Origin: Treponemataceae bacterium
Lineage (GTDB): Bacteria; Spirochaetota; Spirochaetia; Treponematales; Rectinemataceae
DNA length: 64,000 bases
Assembly: GCA_963677895.2 (NCBI GenBank)
Contig: CAXXGJ010000018.1
Span: 352,001-416,000 of the forward strand
Direction: 5' to 3'
The position numbers were made by a program, and so were the translations under genes. This document shows positions 27,949 to 39,457 of this stretch, piece after piece (the first letter of the stretch is position 1; the number at the start of each line of letters is the position of its first letter). The notes beneath the pieces were generated by a model. It was given only the letters and a program-made list of their open reading frames with translations. It ran no database searches and had not been told where the DNA came from.

Positions 27949-28677
27949 TCATAATTGTTCAGTTAATTCTTTATTATTTTTGCTGTTGTATGTCTTTTTG
28001 ATATTTTGAAGGTGCTTATTAAAATGATCGTATAAGATTTCAAGTGCTTTTTTCTCATTTCCTTTAATGAATTGATCTAATAGTCTCCTGTGATCATCAA
28101 TTGAAATTCTAGCAGAGTTAGTAAATGATTCTTGCATAGACAAATTCCTAAGAATGTTGATATGAAGACGTAAATCATCGATTATATTCTTAATCCAGAC
28201 ATTGCCAGATGCTTCATAGATAAGTTCATGAAACTTGATATCAGCATCCATGTAGTCTTGGTAGCTGCTAGTATCAATGAGTTTTTCAGAAATATCTATC
28301 GCTTCTTTCATTTTCTCAAATACCCTCGGTTCTTTAATAGATAGCATTTTTTTTATAGCAAGTTCTTCTAAAGCTACGCGCACTTCAATTATAGATTCAA
28401 TTTCTTTTATGCTTAACTTTCTCACAAAGTAGCCTTTCCAATGTACTTTTTCTACTATTCCTCTTTCAACGAGAAAGGAAAGAGCTTCACGAACTGAAAT
28501 ACGGCTAATTTTTGTTTCATCTGAAAGCTCTTGATCATTAATTCGATCGCCGGGCAGCCAATGACCTTCAAGTATTGCTTTTGTAATAATAAGGCTTAGG
28601 CTCTCTGAACGGCTACGCGAAAGCATTGATACGTCAGAGGAAAATCTTGTTGTTTTTATATTTTCATCCAAATTCAT
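27949..28677 (-). CDS. GntR/FadR family regulator
   Basis: PGDRI, ISRISVREAL HTH; FCD domain FHE.I...SGN. Confidence 0.9.
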   Translation of the reverse strand: MNLDENIKTTRFSSDVSMLSRSRSESLSLIITKAILEGHWLPGDRINDQELSDETKISRISVREALSFLVERGIVEKVHWKGYFVRKLSIKEIESIIEVRVALEELAIKKMLSIKEPRVFEKMKEAIDISEKLIDTSSYQDYMDADIKFHELIYEASGNVWIKNIIDDLRLHINILRNLSMQESFTNSARISIDDHRRLLDQFIKGNEKKALEILYDHFNKHLQNIKKTYNSKNNKELTEQL

Positions 28678-28952
28678 GATTAGTTACCTCAAAATATTAG
28701 AATATTTTAATAAACGAAATTTCTTTATCCAGAATTTGCAAATATTCAAATAGTTGCATATATAGTTCAACTGCTATTATGTATTCTATTTTTTTATAGC
28801 TCAATTTCTTTAAAACCACAACTCATCATAATATATATATTATTATAATGCAATAGTTTTAAATTTAAAATTTATAATTGACAATATTCAAAACTTGACT
28901 TATGGTTGTTTATATAGATTAGGTCTCTTGAATTGGGCTTAAGGAGCGTAGA

Positions 28953-29684
28953 ATGGTACAGCCTATCCTTGAATATTGTGGAGTAGATAAAAATTATAAA
29001 AATTTGCATGTCTTAAATGGAGTTACTTTCAGCATTGAAAAAGGGGAAACTGTTGTAATCATTGGAAAGAGCGGTTCAGGTAAAAGTACCCTTTTAAGAT
29101 GTACAAATATGCTTGAGCCAATTCAAAACGGTCAAATTCTTTATAAAGGGAAAAATGTTAATACTTATAAACCCAGAGATTTAAGAGAGGAGATAGGGAT
29201 CGTTTTTCAGAGTTATAATTTGTTCCCTCATTATACAGCATTAGGAAATTGTAGTTTAGCATTAAGAGTTGTAAAAGGAAAATCGAAAGAAGAATCAGAT
29301 GAAATCGGCATGGAAATGCTAAAAAAAGTTGGGCTAACAAATAAAGTTGATTGTTTCCCTCAGCATCTGTCAGGTGGCCAACAGCAACGTGTAGCAATTG
29401 CTCGCTCTTTGGCATTAAATCCTTCAATAATGATGTTTGATGAAGTAACCTCTGCTTTAGATACTGAGCTAATTGGAGAAGTTTTGCGAGTAATGGAAGA
29501 TGTAGCACTCGCAGGAATGACAATGATAGTAGTAACTCATGAAATGGGTTTTGCGAGACATGTTGCAAGTAAAATTGTGTTCTTAGATGAAGGTATAGTC
29601 ACTGAAACAGGATCGCCTGATCAAGTTTTTGATAATCCAAAAAATGAAAACTTGAAAAATTTTTTAAATGCGATTTTAAAATAA
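28953..29684 (+). CDS. Polar amino acid ABC transporter ATP-binding protein
   Basis: GKSGSGKST, LSGGQQQR, DEVTSALD, VTHEMGFA. Confidence 0.93.
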   Translation: MVQPILEYCGVDKNYKNLHVLNGVTFSIEKGETVVIIGKSGSGKSTLLRCTNMLEPIQNGQILYKGKNVNTYKPRDLREEIGIVFQSYNLFPHYTALGNCSLALRVVKGKSKEESDEIGMEMLKKVGLTNKVDCFPQHLSGGQQQRVAIARSLALNPSIMMFDEVTSALDTELIGEVLRVMEDVALAGMTMIVVTHEMGFARHVASKIVFLDEGIVTETGSPDQVFDNPKNENLKNFLNAILK

Positions 29685-29718
29685 CTCAAATAGCTCTGGT
29701 TGTATTAAGGAGATTTAT

Positions 29719-30192
29719 ATGGCAATTATCGAAGCAAGATTACTTGAATTAGGAATTGAGCTACCAACTGATGCTATTAATAAAAATGCTCTATTTGTTC
29801 CTTCTGTAATTGTGAATAATATTTTATATACTTCAGGAGCAGTCGCAGGGGTTGGTGATAATAATCATAAATATACTGGAAAAGTTGGAAGTGATTTAAC
29901 ATTGGATGAAGCAAAAGTTGCAGCTCGCAAATGTGCAATTAATCTCATTACTTTCATTAAATATTCAGTTGGAGATCTCGATCGAGTTAAACGGATTGTT
30001 AATATTATTGGATATGTAAACAGTGCGCCAGGTTTTAATCGTCAACCAGAAGTACTAAATAGCGTATCCGAGTTATTTCTTCAAGTTTGGGGAGAAAATG
30101 GTAAACATGCTCGTACGGCTCTTTCTGTAAATGAACTTGGCTCAAATGCATGTATTGAATGTAATGCTGTTGTAGAAGTAAAAGATAAATAG
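29719..30192 (+). CDS. RidA/YjgF family protein
   Basis: LYTSG, GKVG, GYVNSAPGF, GKHARTA. Confidence 0.9.
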   Translation: MAIIEARLLELGIELPTDAINKNALFVPSVIVNNILYTSGAVAGVGDNNHKYTGKVGSDLTLDEAKVAARKCAINLITFIKYSVGDLDRVKRIVNIIGYVNSAPGFNRQPEVLNSVSELFLQVWGENGKHARTALSVNELGSNACIECNAVVEVKDK

Positions 30193-30200
30193 AATATAAT

Positions 30201-30908
30201 ATGAACTATCAATTTGATTTTTCTATTATTTCAATAAATTTGCCGTCATTGCTTCAAGGTGCAGCAAATTCGTTAATAATATCATTTTTATCTATAGTAT
30301 TTGGATTTTCATTAGGTTTAATTTTTGCTTTACTACGTTCATTAAATATAAAAGCAATTAAATATTTCATAATTTGCTACGTAGAGCTTATTAGAAATAC
30401 ACCTTTCATTGTTCAATTATTTATTGTTTATTTTGTACTTCCTCGTATAGGTATTTATGTAGATGCTTATCCAGCAGGTATTATAGCACTCTCATTAAAT
30501 TGTGCTGGATATGCAACAGAGATTTTACGCGCTGGTATTGAATCTATTCATGAGAGTCAGATTGAAGCCGCACGATCCTTAAGTATGACATATTTTCAAA
30601 TATTTAGATATGCTATTCTAAAACCAGCATTAATTACTATTTTCCCTTCACTATCTAGCTTATTTATTACAATATTGCTTGGCTCAAGTGTACTTTCAGC
30701 AATTTCAACACCAGAACTAACATCTATTGCGTATTCAATAACGGCATATAAATATAGACACTTTGAAATATTTTCATTTATTGCAGTATTCTATTTATTA
30801 ATGTCAAATATTCTATCAATAATATTTAAGTATTTAGAGTATCGTTTTTTAAGTATTGAAGGAAAGCAGTCGATTATGAAGTTTTTCCATAATGTTTTAT
30901 TAGGATGA
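30201..30908 (+). CDS. Polar amino acid ABC transporter permease
   Basis: YVELIRNTP, EILRAGI, Q.EAA.SL. Confidence 0.92.
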   Translation: MNYQFDFSIISINLPSLLQGAANSLIISFLSIVFGFSLGLIFALLRSLNIKAIKYFIICYVELIRNTPFIVQLFIVYFVLPRIGIYVDAYPAGIIALSLNCAGYATEILRAGIESIHESQIEAARSLSMTYFQIFRYAILKPALITIFPSLSSLFITILLGSSVLSAISTPELTSIAYSITAYKYRHFEIFSFIAVFYLLMSNILSIIFKYLEYRFLSIEGKQSIMKFFHNVLLG

Positions 30909-31215
30909 AAATTATGTTTAATATATTATTTGTGGAGTATCTTAATGAGTAATCAGTTTTATACTGCAAGAGATTTAAATTTTGGTGATATTATATTCAT
31001 GTTAAAAGCAAGCTTAACAACTATAGAATTAGCTATTATCGCAATTGCAGGAGGGATGCTGCTTGGTATACTTGTTGGAATAGGTCGATCAAGTTCAAAT
31101 ATATTTTTAAAGGTAATAACAAAAATGTACGTTGAATTATTTGTAAGCGTCCAATTCTGCCCATGAGGACAAGTTAAAAAAATCGAATATCCTTCCTGAA
31201 ATGGAGGGATAAACA

Positions 31216-31560
31216 ATGTACCTAAAAAAGGATCGGACCATTTACCTCGTCGCCGGGATTACCGATATGCGAAAACAAATCAATGGACTTTCGGCAATCG
31301 CGCAAGACAAGCAACCAGAAGAAGTCTTCTCAGGGTCGTACTTTGTATTTCTCGGGAAGACTAGAAAAGTCATGAAGATTCTTTACTGGGACAAAAGTGG
31401 TTTCTGCATGTGGATCAAAAGACTCGAAGAAGAAACCTTTCCTTGGACGCGAAAACAGAACGGTGTTATAGAAATAGAACGCGATAAATTCAAGCTTCTT
31501 ATAAAGGGAATTGACATATTCAGAGAGCATCGAAAGCTCGAATATTCCGCGGTAGCATAA
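31216..31560 (+). CDS. tnpB: IS66 accessory protein TnpB
   Basis: Identical translation to 11597-11941. Confidence 0.93.
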   Translation: MYLKKDRTIYLVAGITDMRKQINGLSAIAQDKQPEEVFSGSYFVFLGKTRKVMKILYWDKSGFCMWIKRLEEETFPWTRKQNGVIEIERDKFKLLIKGIDIFREHRKLEYSAVA

Positions 31561-31606
31561 GCGATTCAAGGCTGAAAATAGGGCATTTCATGCTATACTG
31601 CAGAGC

Positions 31607-33187
31607 ATGGTGAGCGTGTTAGAAAACCTTCCTGACGATGTGGCCAGTCTCAAGAAACTGGTCAGGGAAATGGCGGCCGAACATACGAAGGAAGTCCATG
31701 AACTGCAGAGCAGGCTCTCCCTTGAACAGGAAAAGTACGCCGCATTACAGCGCCTGATATTCGGACCAAAGAGCGAGAAACACCAAAAAGAGAATCCTAA
31801 ACAGGATCTGCTGTTCAACGAAGCCGAAACGTTCTTCAATATCCCCGATCGAAAACCAGCCACGATAATGGTTGGCGCTCATGAGCGGAAGAAATCGGGA
31901 AGGAAACATTTTCCGGATACGCTCGAACACAATGAAATCGTGCATGAAATGAGCAGAGAACAACGCACTTGCCCGTCCTGTGGTTCTTTACGGCCAGAAA
32001 TCGGTGAAGAGCGTACGGAAGAATTAAGGCTTATTCCCGCCAAGGCAGTGGTTGACGTTCATGTCATGAAGAAATACGGACCTTGCCCCTGCAAAGAATG
32101 CAAGGGTACCGAAAAGACTCCGATTATTCAGGCTCCAGGACCTGCAAAGATCGTCCCCGGTTCGAGATTCTCGAACGGAACGATCGCCTTCTTCCTGACG
32201 AGCAAATTTGTCGACGCCCAGCCCTTCTACCGGATGGAAGGAATCCTTTCCCGCTGGGGCATAGACACGGGACGTTCAACCTTGTGTTCCCTTGCCATGA
32301 ACGCTGGCCGTGCGGTGGGCGATCTTGTCCAGGCGATCAGGGATGACATAAAAGTATCGCCGGTGATCGGGATGGATGAAACGCCATTACAGGTGCTGCA
32401 CGAAAAGAATCGAAGCGCGACGGCGAAGTCGTATATGTGGGTAGCGTCGGGATTCAAGGATACCAAGCGGCTTTTGTTTTTTCACTACCACCCGACGAGA
32501 TCGGGCAATGTGGTAACTGAATTCTTAAAGGGCTATTCAGGCTATCTTCAAACGGACGGCTATTCAGGGTATTTGCCGATAGGCGAAGCTCCGGGAATCG
32601 TCCATGTGGGCTGCATGGCGCATATCCGACGGAAGTTCTACGACGCGGACAAGATCGCAGGCGGTTCAGGAGACGCTGCTGATATGCTCTCGATGATCGG
32701 AGCGTTCTACCATAACGAAGCGCTTCTACGACAACGGTATGAGAGCAAAGCGCTCGATGAAGCCGCATTCCTTTCAGAACGGAAACGACTGCAAGAGCCA
32801 CAGCTTACGGCGATCCATGAGTGGCTCACCTCACGAAGCCTAAGCGTGGCGCCTTCGAGCAGTCTGGGTAAAGCGATTTCTTATGCACTGGGGCAATGGG
32901 AACGCGCGATTCGCTATCTTGATCATGTGCTTTTGACACCTGACAACAATGCCGTCGAGAACGCGATCCGGCCCTTTGTCCTAGGTAGAAAGAATTGGCT
33001 TTTTTCAAACACGCCGTCAGGAGCTCATACGAGCGCGGGACTTTACAGCCTGATAGAAACGGCAAAGGCCAATGGGCATGAGCCGTATAAATATCTTTGT
33101 TACCTATTCGACATGCTTCCGAGAGCCACGACGCTTGATGAAAAGCTTGCGCTCCTTCCGTACCGGCTTGATCCTATGGCCTACTAA
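31607..33187 (+). CDS. tnpC: IS66 transposase TnpC
   Basis: Identical translation to 11988-13568. Confidence 0.95.
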   Translation: MVSVLENLPDDVASLKKLVREMAAEHTKEVHELQSRLSLEQEKYAALQRLIFGPKSEKHQKENPKQDLLFNEAETFFNIPDRKPATIMVGAHERKKSGRKHFPDTLEHNEIVHEMSREQRTCPSCGSLRPEIGEERTEELRLIPAKAVVDVHVMKKYGPCPCKECKGTEKTPIIQAPGPAKIVPGSRFSNGTIAFFLTSKFVDAQPFYRMEGILSRWGIDTGRSTLCSLAMNAGRAVGDLVQAIRDDIKVSPVIGMDETPLQVLHEKNRSATAKSYMWVASGFKDTKRLLFFHYHPTRSGNVVTEFLKGYSGYLQTDGYSGYLPIGEAPGIVHVGCMAHIRRKFYDADKIAGGSGDAADMLSMIGAFYHNEALLRQRYESKALDEAAFLSERKRLQEPQLTAIHEWLTSRSLSVAPSSSLGKAISYALGQWERAIRYLDHVLLTPDNNAVENAIRPFVLGRKNWLFSNTPSGAHTSAGLYSLIETAKANGHEPYKYLCYLFDMLPRATTLDEKLALLPYRLDPMAY

Positions 33188-33810
33188 GCTCCCGTCAAGA
33201 CGGGGAGAATTGGACGCTTACAATTATTTAGAGGTATACCTATTTTACTTCAAATATTTATATTCTATTATGGCTTAAAAATATTTAATGTAAAATTACC
33301 TGCATTGTTTAGTGCTAGTATATCTTTTATTTTTAATGTATCAGCAAATATTGGAGAAACACTGAAAGGAATAATTTTAAGTATACCAAAAAATCAATGG
33401 GAGTCATCAACTTCATTAGGCTTTTCAAAATTTTCACAACTTTGGTATATAATAATGCCACAAGTAATAAGAGCAGCGATACCACCTTCAATCGGAATTA
33501 TGGTAGGTTTGATTAAAGATACTTCACTGGCTTCCATAGTTGGATTTGTAGAACTGACAAGAGCTGGAGGCTTGATAATGAGTGTTACTATGGATCCTTT
33601 TAAAATATACCCAATAATAGCGGTTATTTATTTTATCATTTGCTTTTTTTTAACGCAGTCAAGTCGTTGGCTTGAGAAAAAATTAATTATCTACAGTTAG
33701 AATTAGTGTTAAGATTTAGAAAAATTCTGAAAAGGAGGTATTTTTTTTCATTGACCTAAGGGTTCTTGTTGAAAAATCGATACTAAAATCGATTATCTCT
33801 ATGGAGGTGC

Positions 33811-34674
33811 ATGATGAAACTGAAAAGAGCGTTTTTAGCAGTTCTCTCTGTATCGCTATTACTTGGCTTTATGATGCTGTTAACATCAGCAGATACAGAA
33901 TTTAAAAATGAGAATACCCTAGAAAAGATTCTTAGAACTAAAAAAGTCAAGATTGGCGTAATGTCTGCAGCGCCACCATATGATTATCTTGATGCTAACC
34001 AAAAACCAACAGGCTACAACTATAGAGTAGCAAAAGAAATAGGCCTTGCATTAGGCGCTGAAGTAGAACTCGTTCAATTAGTATCACAAAATCGTATTCC
34101 AGCCTTGCAAACTGGGGATATTGATATTGGGGTATATCTCATGGGATGTTATCCTGAAAGAGCCAAACTTGTTCAGTATTCCATTCATCCTTATATGGTC
34201 CAAACAATTGTTATGCTCGGTAAAAAAAGCCTGAAAGCAAGCACATGGAATGATTTGCATAAAGTTAAAATGGGATTAGTAAAAGGCGGTGGCGGATTAG
34301 TTCAAATAGAAGAAAGAGCTCCAAAAGATGCAAATCGAACATATTTTGATGATGATGTTATGCAGATGAATGCTCTTGTTGTAGGTCAAGTTGATATTAT
34401 TCATGCTGATGGCATAGCTGCAGCACAGTTAATAAAAAAATTCCCAAAAGCAAATCTTGAAATAAAATGGGTACTTGGTGTAGAAACAGAGCATCTAATG
34501 GTACGTTTGGGAGATTATGCTTTAAGAGATTGGTTAGATGTTTTCTTGCTTTCTAATTATACTAACGGTCATCTTGGGCAGTGGTGGGATAGCTATATAA
34601 AAGATCAGCCGCTTGGCGATTTGCCAACCATGGCAACATCATTAGTTCCTAATGGAGGTAGCATTAGTCAATAA
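33811..34674 (+). CDS. Polar amino acid ABC transporter substrate-binding protein (family 3)
   Basis: Signal peptide; IGV....PPY, NRIPALQTG.ID, PERAK.V.YS. Confidence 0.88.
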   Translation: MMKLKRAFLAVLSVSLLLGFMMLLTSADTEFKNENTLEKILRTKKVKIGVMSAAPPYDYLDANQKPTGYNYRVAKEIGLALGAEVELVQLVSQNRIPALQTGDIDIGVYLMGCYPERAKLVQYSIHPYMVQTIVMLGKKSLKASTWNDLHKVKMGLVKGGGGLVQIEERAPKDANRTYFDDDVMQMNALVVGQVDIIHADGIAAAQLIKKFPKANLEIKWVLGVETEHLMVRLGDYALRDWLDVFLLSNYTNGHLGQWWDSYIKDQPLGDLPTMATSLVPNGGSISQ

Positions 34675-34682
34675 TTGATGCA

Positions 34683-34725
34683 ATACAGTATGGATAATTC
34701 TTAAATAGGATTATTCATACTGTAT
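34683..34725 (+). terminator. Hairpin after the SBP gene
   Basis: ATACAGTATGGATAAT...ATTATTCATACTGTAT. Confidence 0.65.
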
Positions 34726-34885
34726 AACAATTAAATAAGTTATTTATGGTGAATAAAAATTAAAAGGGCCACTTCTTTAAACTTTTAAATGGATACTCTT
34801 AGAAAATGATCTGCCACCCGAAAACTGGACACTCATAATGTCAGTAATCGCATTTTAATGCGATACTACAGGAAGGAGCGGTCCA

Positions 34886-35152
34886 ATGAAGAAATCGAGC
34901 TTCACCGATGAGCAAATTGCCTTTGCCCTGAAGCAAGCGGAAACCGACACCCCCGTCGCTGATATCATCCGGAAGATGGAGATCAGCGAACAGACCTTCT
35001 ACCGGTGGAAGAAGAAGTACGCAGGGCTGCTGCCCAGTGAACTGAAACGTTTGCGGCAGCTCGAAGATGAAAACAAGCGCTTGAAGCAGATGGTTGCCGA
35101 GCTCAGCTTGGACAAGCACATGCTGCAGGAGGTGCTGTCAAAAAAAGCCTGA
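34886..35152 (+). CDS. IS3 OrfA
   Basis: HTH plus [18 protein letters not shown] zipper; A7G frameshift site at the end. Confidence 0.92.
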   Translation: MKKSSFTDEQIAFALKQAETDTPVADIIRKMEISEQTFYRWKKKYAGLLPSELKRLRQLEDENKRLKQMVAELSLDKHMLQEVLSKKA

Positions 35153-35172
35153 CGCTTGCCCGGAAGCATGAG

Positions 35173-35988
35173 TTGGTCGACAACCTTGTTGCCACCTACC
35201 GGGTAAGCATCAGGACCGCCTGTAAGGTCCTATTGCTCAACCGTGCAACCTATTACTACAAGCCCCATCCTGATGATCAGGAAGTCTTGCGGATGAAGAT
35301 TCGCGATTACGCTACGACGCGGGTGAAGTATGGCTATCGAAGGATCCATGTACTTCTGCAACGCGAAGGCTTGAAGATAAACAGAAAGCGCGTCTACCGT
35401 CTTTACTGTCTAGAAAACCTCAACATGCGGCTCAAATCACGAAGAAAGCAGGTGGCGAGGCCTCGAATAGAACTGGTAAAAGAGAGTCGAGCTAACGAGG
35501 TATGGGCAATGGATTTCGTCTCAGACCAGCTTTTCAATGGAAAGTGGTTCAGGACTTTGACGGTCGTTGATGTTTTCACCCGGGAATGCCTTTGTACTCA
35601 TATAGGCCAATCGATGAAGGGCACGGATGTGGTCCAGGCGTTGGAACGATTGTGTATTCATCGGCAAAAACCATCCGCAATTCGAGTCGACAATGGCCCC
35701 GAATTCGTTTCGAAGGAACTTGATCTTTGGGCTTACCAGAAAGGCATTGGGCTTGTGTTTTCCCGGCCTGGTAAACCGACAGACAACGCGTACATTGAAT
35801 CTTTCAACGGGAGTTTCAGGGAAGAATGCCTTCAGACGCACTGGTTTCTGTCTCTAGAAGATGCGAAGATTAAAATCGAGACGTGGCGAAAGGATTACAA
35901 CGAGTTCCGACCGCATAGCTCCCTTGGGTACAGAACACCTAAGGAATTCGCGTCCCTGGCATGTGTCCCCAACAGCCTGTCAGGCTGA
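35173..35988 (+). CDS. IS3 OrfB
   Basis: DDE motifs as in copy 1. Confidence 0.93.
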   Translation: MVDNLVATYRVSIRTACKVLLLNRATYYYKPHPDDQEVLRMKIRDYATTRVKYGYRRIHVLLQREGLKINRKRVYRLYCLENLNMRLKSRRKQVARPRIELVKESRANEVWAMDFVSDQLFNGKWFRTLTVVDVFTRECLCTHIGQSMKGTDVVQALERLCIHRQKPSAIRVDNGPEFVSKELDLWAYQKGIGLVFSRPGKPTDNAYIESFNGSFREECLQTHWFLSLEDAKIKIETWRKDYNEFRPHSSLGYRTPKEFASLACVPNSLSG

Positions 35989-36080
35989 TTTTCTAACTTG
36001 AAAAGTGTCCAGATATTGGGGGACTATCATCAGGCTGATTTTCTAACTTGAAAAGTGTCCAGATATTGGGGGACTATCAT
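35981..36080 (+). repeat. Exact 50-bp tandem duplication of the IS3 right end
   Basis: CAGGCTGATTTTCTAACTTGAAAAGTGTCCAGATATTGGGGGACTATCAT x2. Confidence 0.95.
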
Positions 36081-36466
36081 CGCCACCGTATTCGTTAGCT
36101 GTTTTTGGTCTTGATCTGAGGGCCCAGCATATCCTCGTCCTCCGGGTTCGATGTAGTTGTGGTATCCACATTCTACTAGAGGACAAGGTGCCGTTCTCTA
36201 TCCCTCTATCCGCACTTCAGATTTGAACTGGCTTTAAGTATAACATCCGATTTTATCTAGTACAGCCACAAGAAATATATTTTTCTAATCGGAAAAGTTA
36301 CATAACAATATAATACGTTTCAGATTAAAAATTATAGTTGTTCAAGTCCAGCAACAGAAGACAGCAATTACAAATATTGAATACTTTCCTTATTAATTAT
36401 TATGAAATTCAAAGAATGCAGATATATTAGTACACGAATTCTCGGCTAGTCCTTCAGTTCGTTTTT

Positions 36467-37252
36467 CTATACTGTGTAACCTAAGTCCACAGAGATGCGG
36501 TGAGCAATAGTTTTTATAGAAATCTTTATCCTTGTGATCTTTTCCATGTCCATGCGGTTAACCGGGCCGGATGTACTTATTGCAGCGATAATGCGCCCGG
36601 AATAATCCAGGAGCGGAGCAGCAACACAACGCATACCAAGTTCACACTCCTCGTCGTCGATTGCACAACCTTCGTTTTTTACACGTTCAAGTTCTGCTAT
36701 GAGCGAGGATTTAGTCACAATGGTCCGGTGGGTAAGCGCGACTAGTCCTTTGGAGGCGATGAGATTGTCAAGGGATTTTTCATCATACCCAGAGAGTATA
36801 CATTTTCCTACGGCAGTGGAATTGAGGGGCGCCATCTTACCAATTCGCTGAAGAGTGCGGAGTACATGATCAGGTCCGTCAACCGCATCAAGATATACCA
36901 CATCTCCGTTCTGTTCGACGGCGAGGAAGGTCGATTCTTTCCAGTCCTCCGCCATGCTCTCTAGATAGGGCCGAACGACATCCCTGAATCTAAAACGGGC
37001 CTTGATTTCCTCCCCGAGCCAGCACAGTTTCATAGTAAGATAATATTGCGACGTCTGATGATTTTGGCCGACATAGTCTTGATCCATAAGAGTTTTCAGA
37101 AAGCGAAGAACTGTGCTCGTGTTTATATTTATTTTTTGCGAGATATCTTGGAGGCGCATTGGTCCACGAGCGAGAGCGAGGGCTTCCATGATTTGAAAAG
37201 CCTTACCTATTGAGAGATTACTCTTTACCGCTTTAGGACGTGACTGATTCAT
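36467..37252 (-). CDS. IclR family regulator
   Basis: N-terminal HTH; APLNSTAVGK, DDEE...G.RCVAAP. Confidence 0.93.
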   Translation of the reverse strand: MNQSRPKAVKSNLSIGKAFQIMEALALARGPMRLQDISQKININTSTVLRFLKTLMDQDYVGQNHQTSQYYLTMKLCWLGEEIKARFRFRDVVRPYLESMAEDWKESTFLAVEQNGDVVYLDAVDGPDHVLRTLQRIGKMAPLNSTAVGKCILSGYDEKSLDNLIASKGLVALTHRTIVTKSSLIAELERVKNEGCAIDDEECELGMRCVAAPLLDYSGRIIAAISTSGPVNRMDMEKITRIKISIKTIAHRISVDLGYTV

Positions 37253-37376
37253 GGTTGCTATTTATAACCTTAAAACTTGATTTTATCAAGTAACATGCTG
37301 GTACTGAATGCTCATGGGCTCGATCAATAAATGATCGAACCCATCGGAATGATCGTTTCACTGGAACACTCTTTAC

Positions 37377-39050
37377 TTAATCGAATTCACGCAGAGCGTC
37401 TAGCGCAGGTCCCATGGCGCAATCGGTTTCATCCTCTACGTTCACTTCTACTACATAAGGTCCTTCGTATTCGATAGCCCGTTTCAAAGCGCCGGCAATT
37501 TCTCCCGGAACATTTACTTGCTCTGCTGTACATCCAAATCCTTCAGATATCTTGATATAATCGAGGAGATCTTTATTTTCCTTCATGTCGACGGCATACT
37601 CGAATCCGTAGGCATACTTCTGGTTTTGACGGATCAAACTCAAGCAGGCGTTGTTGAGTACTATGACCTTCACTGGGAGTCGATATCTAGCGGCTACTGC
37701 AAGCTCCTCAATCAGAAATGTAAATCCAAAATCACCCATTACTGCTATTACAGGTTGCCGGCCTGCGGTCGCAACAGCAGCACCAATGGCGGCAGGGATA
37801 TCAAAGCCCAGTGTGCCTGCTCCCCCTGAAGGGAGATATCGGCGAGGTTTTTTCACAGTCTGAATCTGTCCGGACCAAATCTGGTTCAGACCACAGCCTG
37901 TAGTGAAAATAGGATCATATGAAGCAAGCGCGTTGAGTTCACGTAGCACACGTTGTGGTTTAATAACAGGATTTTCAAAATCTGTTTTACGTGCCAGTGC
38001 AGAACGGAGATCAGCTAAACCAATGATGCGTTCATCAGGTCCCCGAGGGAAGCCGAGGCGATGTTGAAGCTCTTTGAGTAAAGCCTCTGCGAAAAGCTTC
38101 GCATCTGCAATAATCCCCAGATCTGCGGGGAAAATACGGCCTATCTGGCTCTTTTCAATATCCACATGGATGAACTTTCGTGTGCCCCTATACACATCGA
38201 GTTTCCCTGTATGACGGTCAGTGAAGCGGCATCCAATTCCCAAGACCAGATCAGAATCGAGGAAAACACGATTGCCAAAAGGGTTCCCCACTTGAATGCC
38301 TGCATGCCCGACATTCAGAGAGTGACCATCCGGAATCGCGCCTTTGGCCATGTAGGTAGTAATTACAGGAACTTGTAGGAATTCTGCCACTGCTACGCAG
38401 GCATCGGTTGCCTCTGCAAGGATGGTACCCCCACCCAGAAGAATGACTGGAGCTTTTGCGGATAAAATCATGTCGGCGGTCAATGAAATGTCGTTAATGC
38501 TTGGTGCCGGTTTATTGACCATTGCCGGGGCGTAGGAAGCCGGATTGAAGTCTATATTCATCTGTTGCTGGTCTAGCGGGAAGTCAATGAGTACAGGCCC
38601 TGGGCGCCCCTCACGAGCAACCTTGAAGGCTTCAGCCATTATTTCTGGAAGTTTGTTCGCATCGGATATGAACCATGCCGCCTTCACAACTGATTTCGCT
38701 ATCGCGCAAATATCGACACATTGGAAAGCTTCCTTGCCCATGAGAGAGGAGAGGCTTTGACCTGTAATGGCTATGAGGGGGATTGAGTCTATCTGTGCTG
38801 TATAAAGACCAGTGATAAAATTTGTCGCACCCGGACCAGATGTGCATATCGCGGCAGAAAGGCGTCCAGATGCCCTGAAATAACCATCTGCCGCGTGGAC
38901 GACTGCCTCTTCGTGACGCATTGTGTAGTGATGGATTTTGGAGTTCTTTAAATACTTATACAATGGATTGATGCCTGCACCGGGTATACCGAAGACATCG
39001 ATGATTCCTTCTATTTCTAATATTCGGACTAAAACCTCTGCAGATTGCAT
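37377..39050 (-). CDS. gcl: Glyoxylate carboligase (ThDP enzyme)
   Basis: FGIPGAGINPLY, CTSGPG, KEAFQCVDI, RFTDRHTG, AGTLG, GDFGF...EEL, LSLIRQ. Confidence 0.82.
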   Translation of the reverse strand: MQSAEVLVRILEIEGIIDVFGIPGAGINPLYKYLKNSKIHHYTMRHEEAVVHAADGYFRASGRLSAAICTSGPGATNFITGLYTAQIDSIPLIAITGQSLSSLMGKEAFQCVDICAIAKSVVKAAWFISDANKLPEIMAEAFKVAREGRPGPVLIDFPLDQQQMNIDFNPASYAPAMVNKPAPSINDISLTADMILSAKAPVILLGGGTILAEATDACVAVAEFLQVPVITTYMAKGAIPDGHSLNVGHAGIQVGNPFGNRVFLDSDLVLGIGCRFTDRHTGKLDVYRGTRKFIHVDIEKSQIGRIFPADLGIIADAKLFAEALLKELQHRLGFPRGPDERIIGLADLRSALARKTDFENPVIKPQRVLRELNALASYDPIFTTGCGLNQIWSGQIQTVKKPRRYLPSGGAGTLGFDIPAAIGAAVATAGRQPVIAVMGDFGFTFLIEELAVAARYRLPVKVIVLNNACLSLIRQNQKYAYGFEYAVDMKENKDLLDYIKISEGFGCTAEQVNVPGEIAGALKRAIEYEGPYVVEVNVEDETDCAMGPALDALREFD

Positions 39051-39457
39051 TAAATCCTCCAGTTACACTTATATAAAACTTAATGCCACTTTTTAACACT
39101 AATCCGTGTTTGCAATTCTGTCAATTGATATGTTTATGATTTAGCACTTACAATACATATTAAAAGTCAATGTTTTATAAAAATATGATTGTTGCAATAC
39201 TTTGGTATCATATATTTACTTATATTATAATATAATACATTAGCTTGTTAAATCATACTGATCTATTGTAGCCATCAGGAGTTTTTATTTTACAGTATTA
39301 GCCAAGGAGATTGTTCGAGAAAAAGTTGTGGATATATTTCTTTTTCATCGTGTAAAAAGAAATTACAATTAAATAAGACCGATATAATTTGATAGAATTT
39401 TACTATTCGTGATATTGTTTACCATAGTGAAATTATGATTGACTGAACACAAGAGCC

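Larger units (their letters stand above)
31143..33221 (+). mobile_element. IS66-family element, copy 2 (2079 bp)
   Basis: Same ends and identical proteins as copy 1; target duplication AATTATTT (31135-31142, 33222-33229). Confidence 0.95.
30945..33700 (+). pseudogene. Polar amino acid ABC permease interrupted by IS66
   Basis: Removing the IS66 and one AATTATTT copy restores ...MYVELFRGIPILLQIFIFYYG... Confidence 0.9.
34807..36029 (+). mobile_element. IS3-family element, copy 2
   Basis: Same left end as copy 1; right end GTGTCCAGATATTGGGGGACTATCA. Confidence 0.92.
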
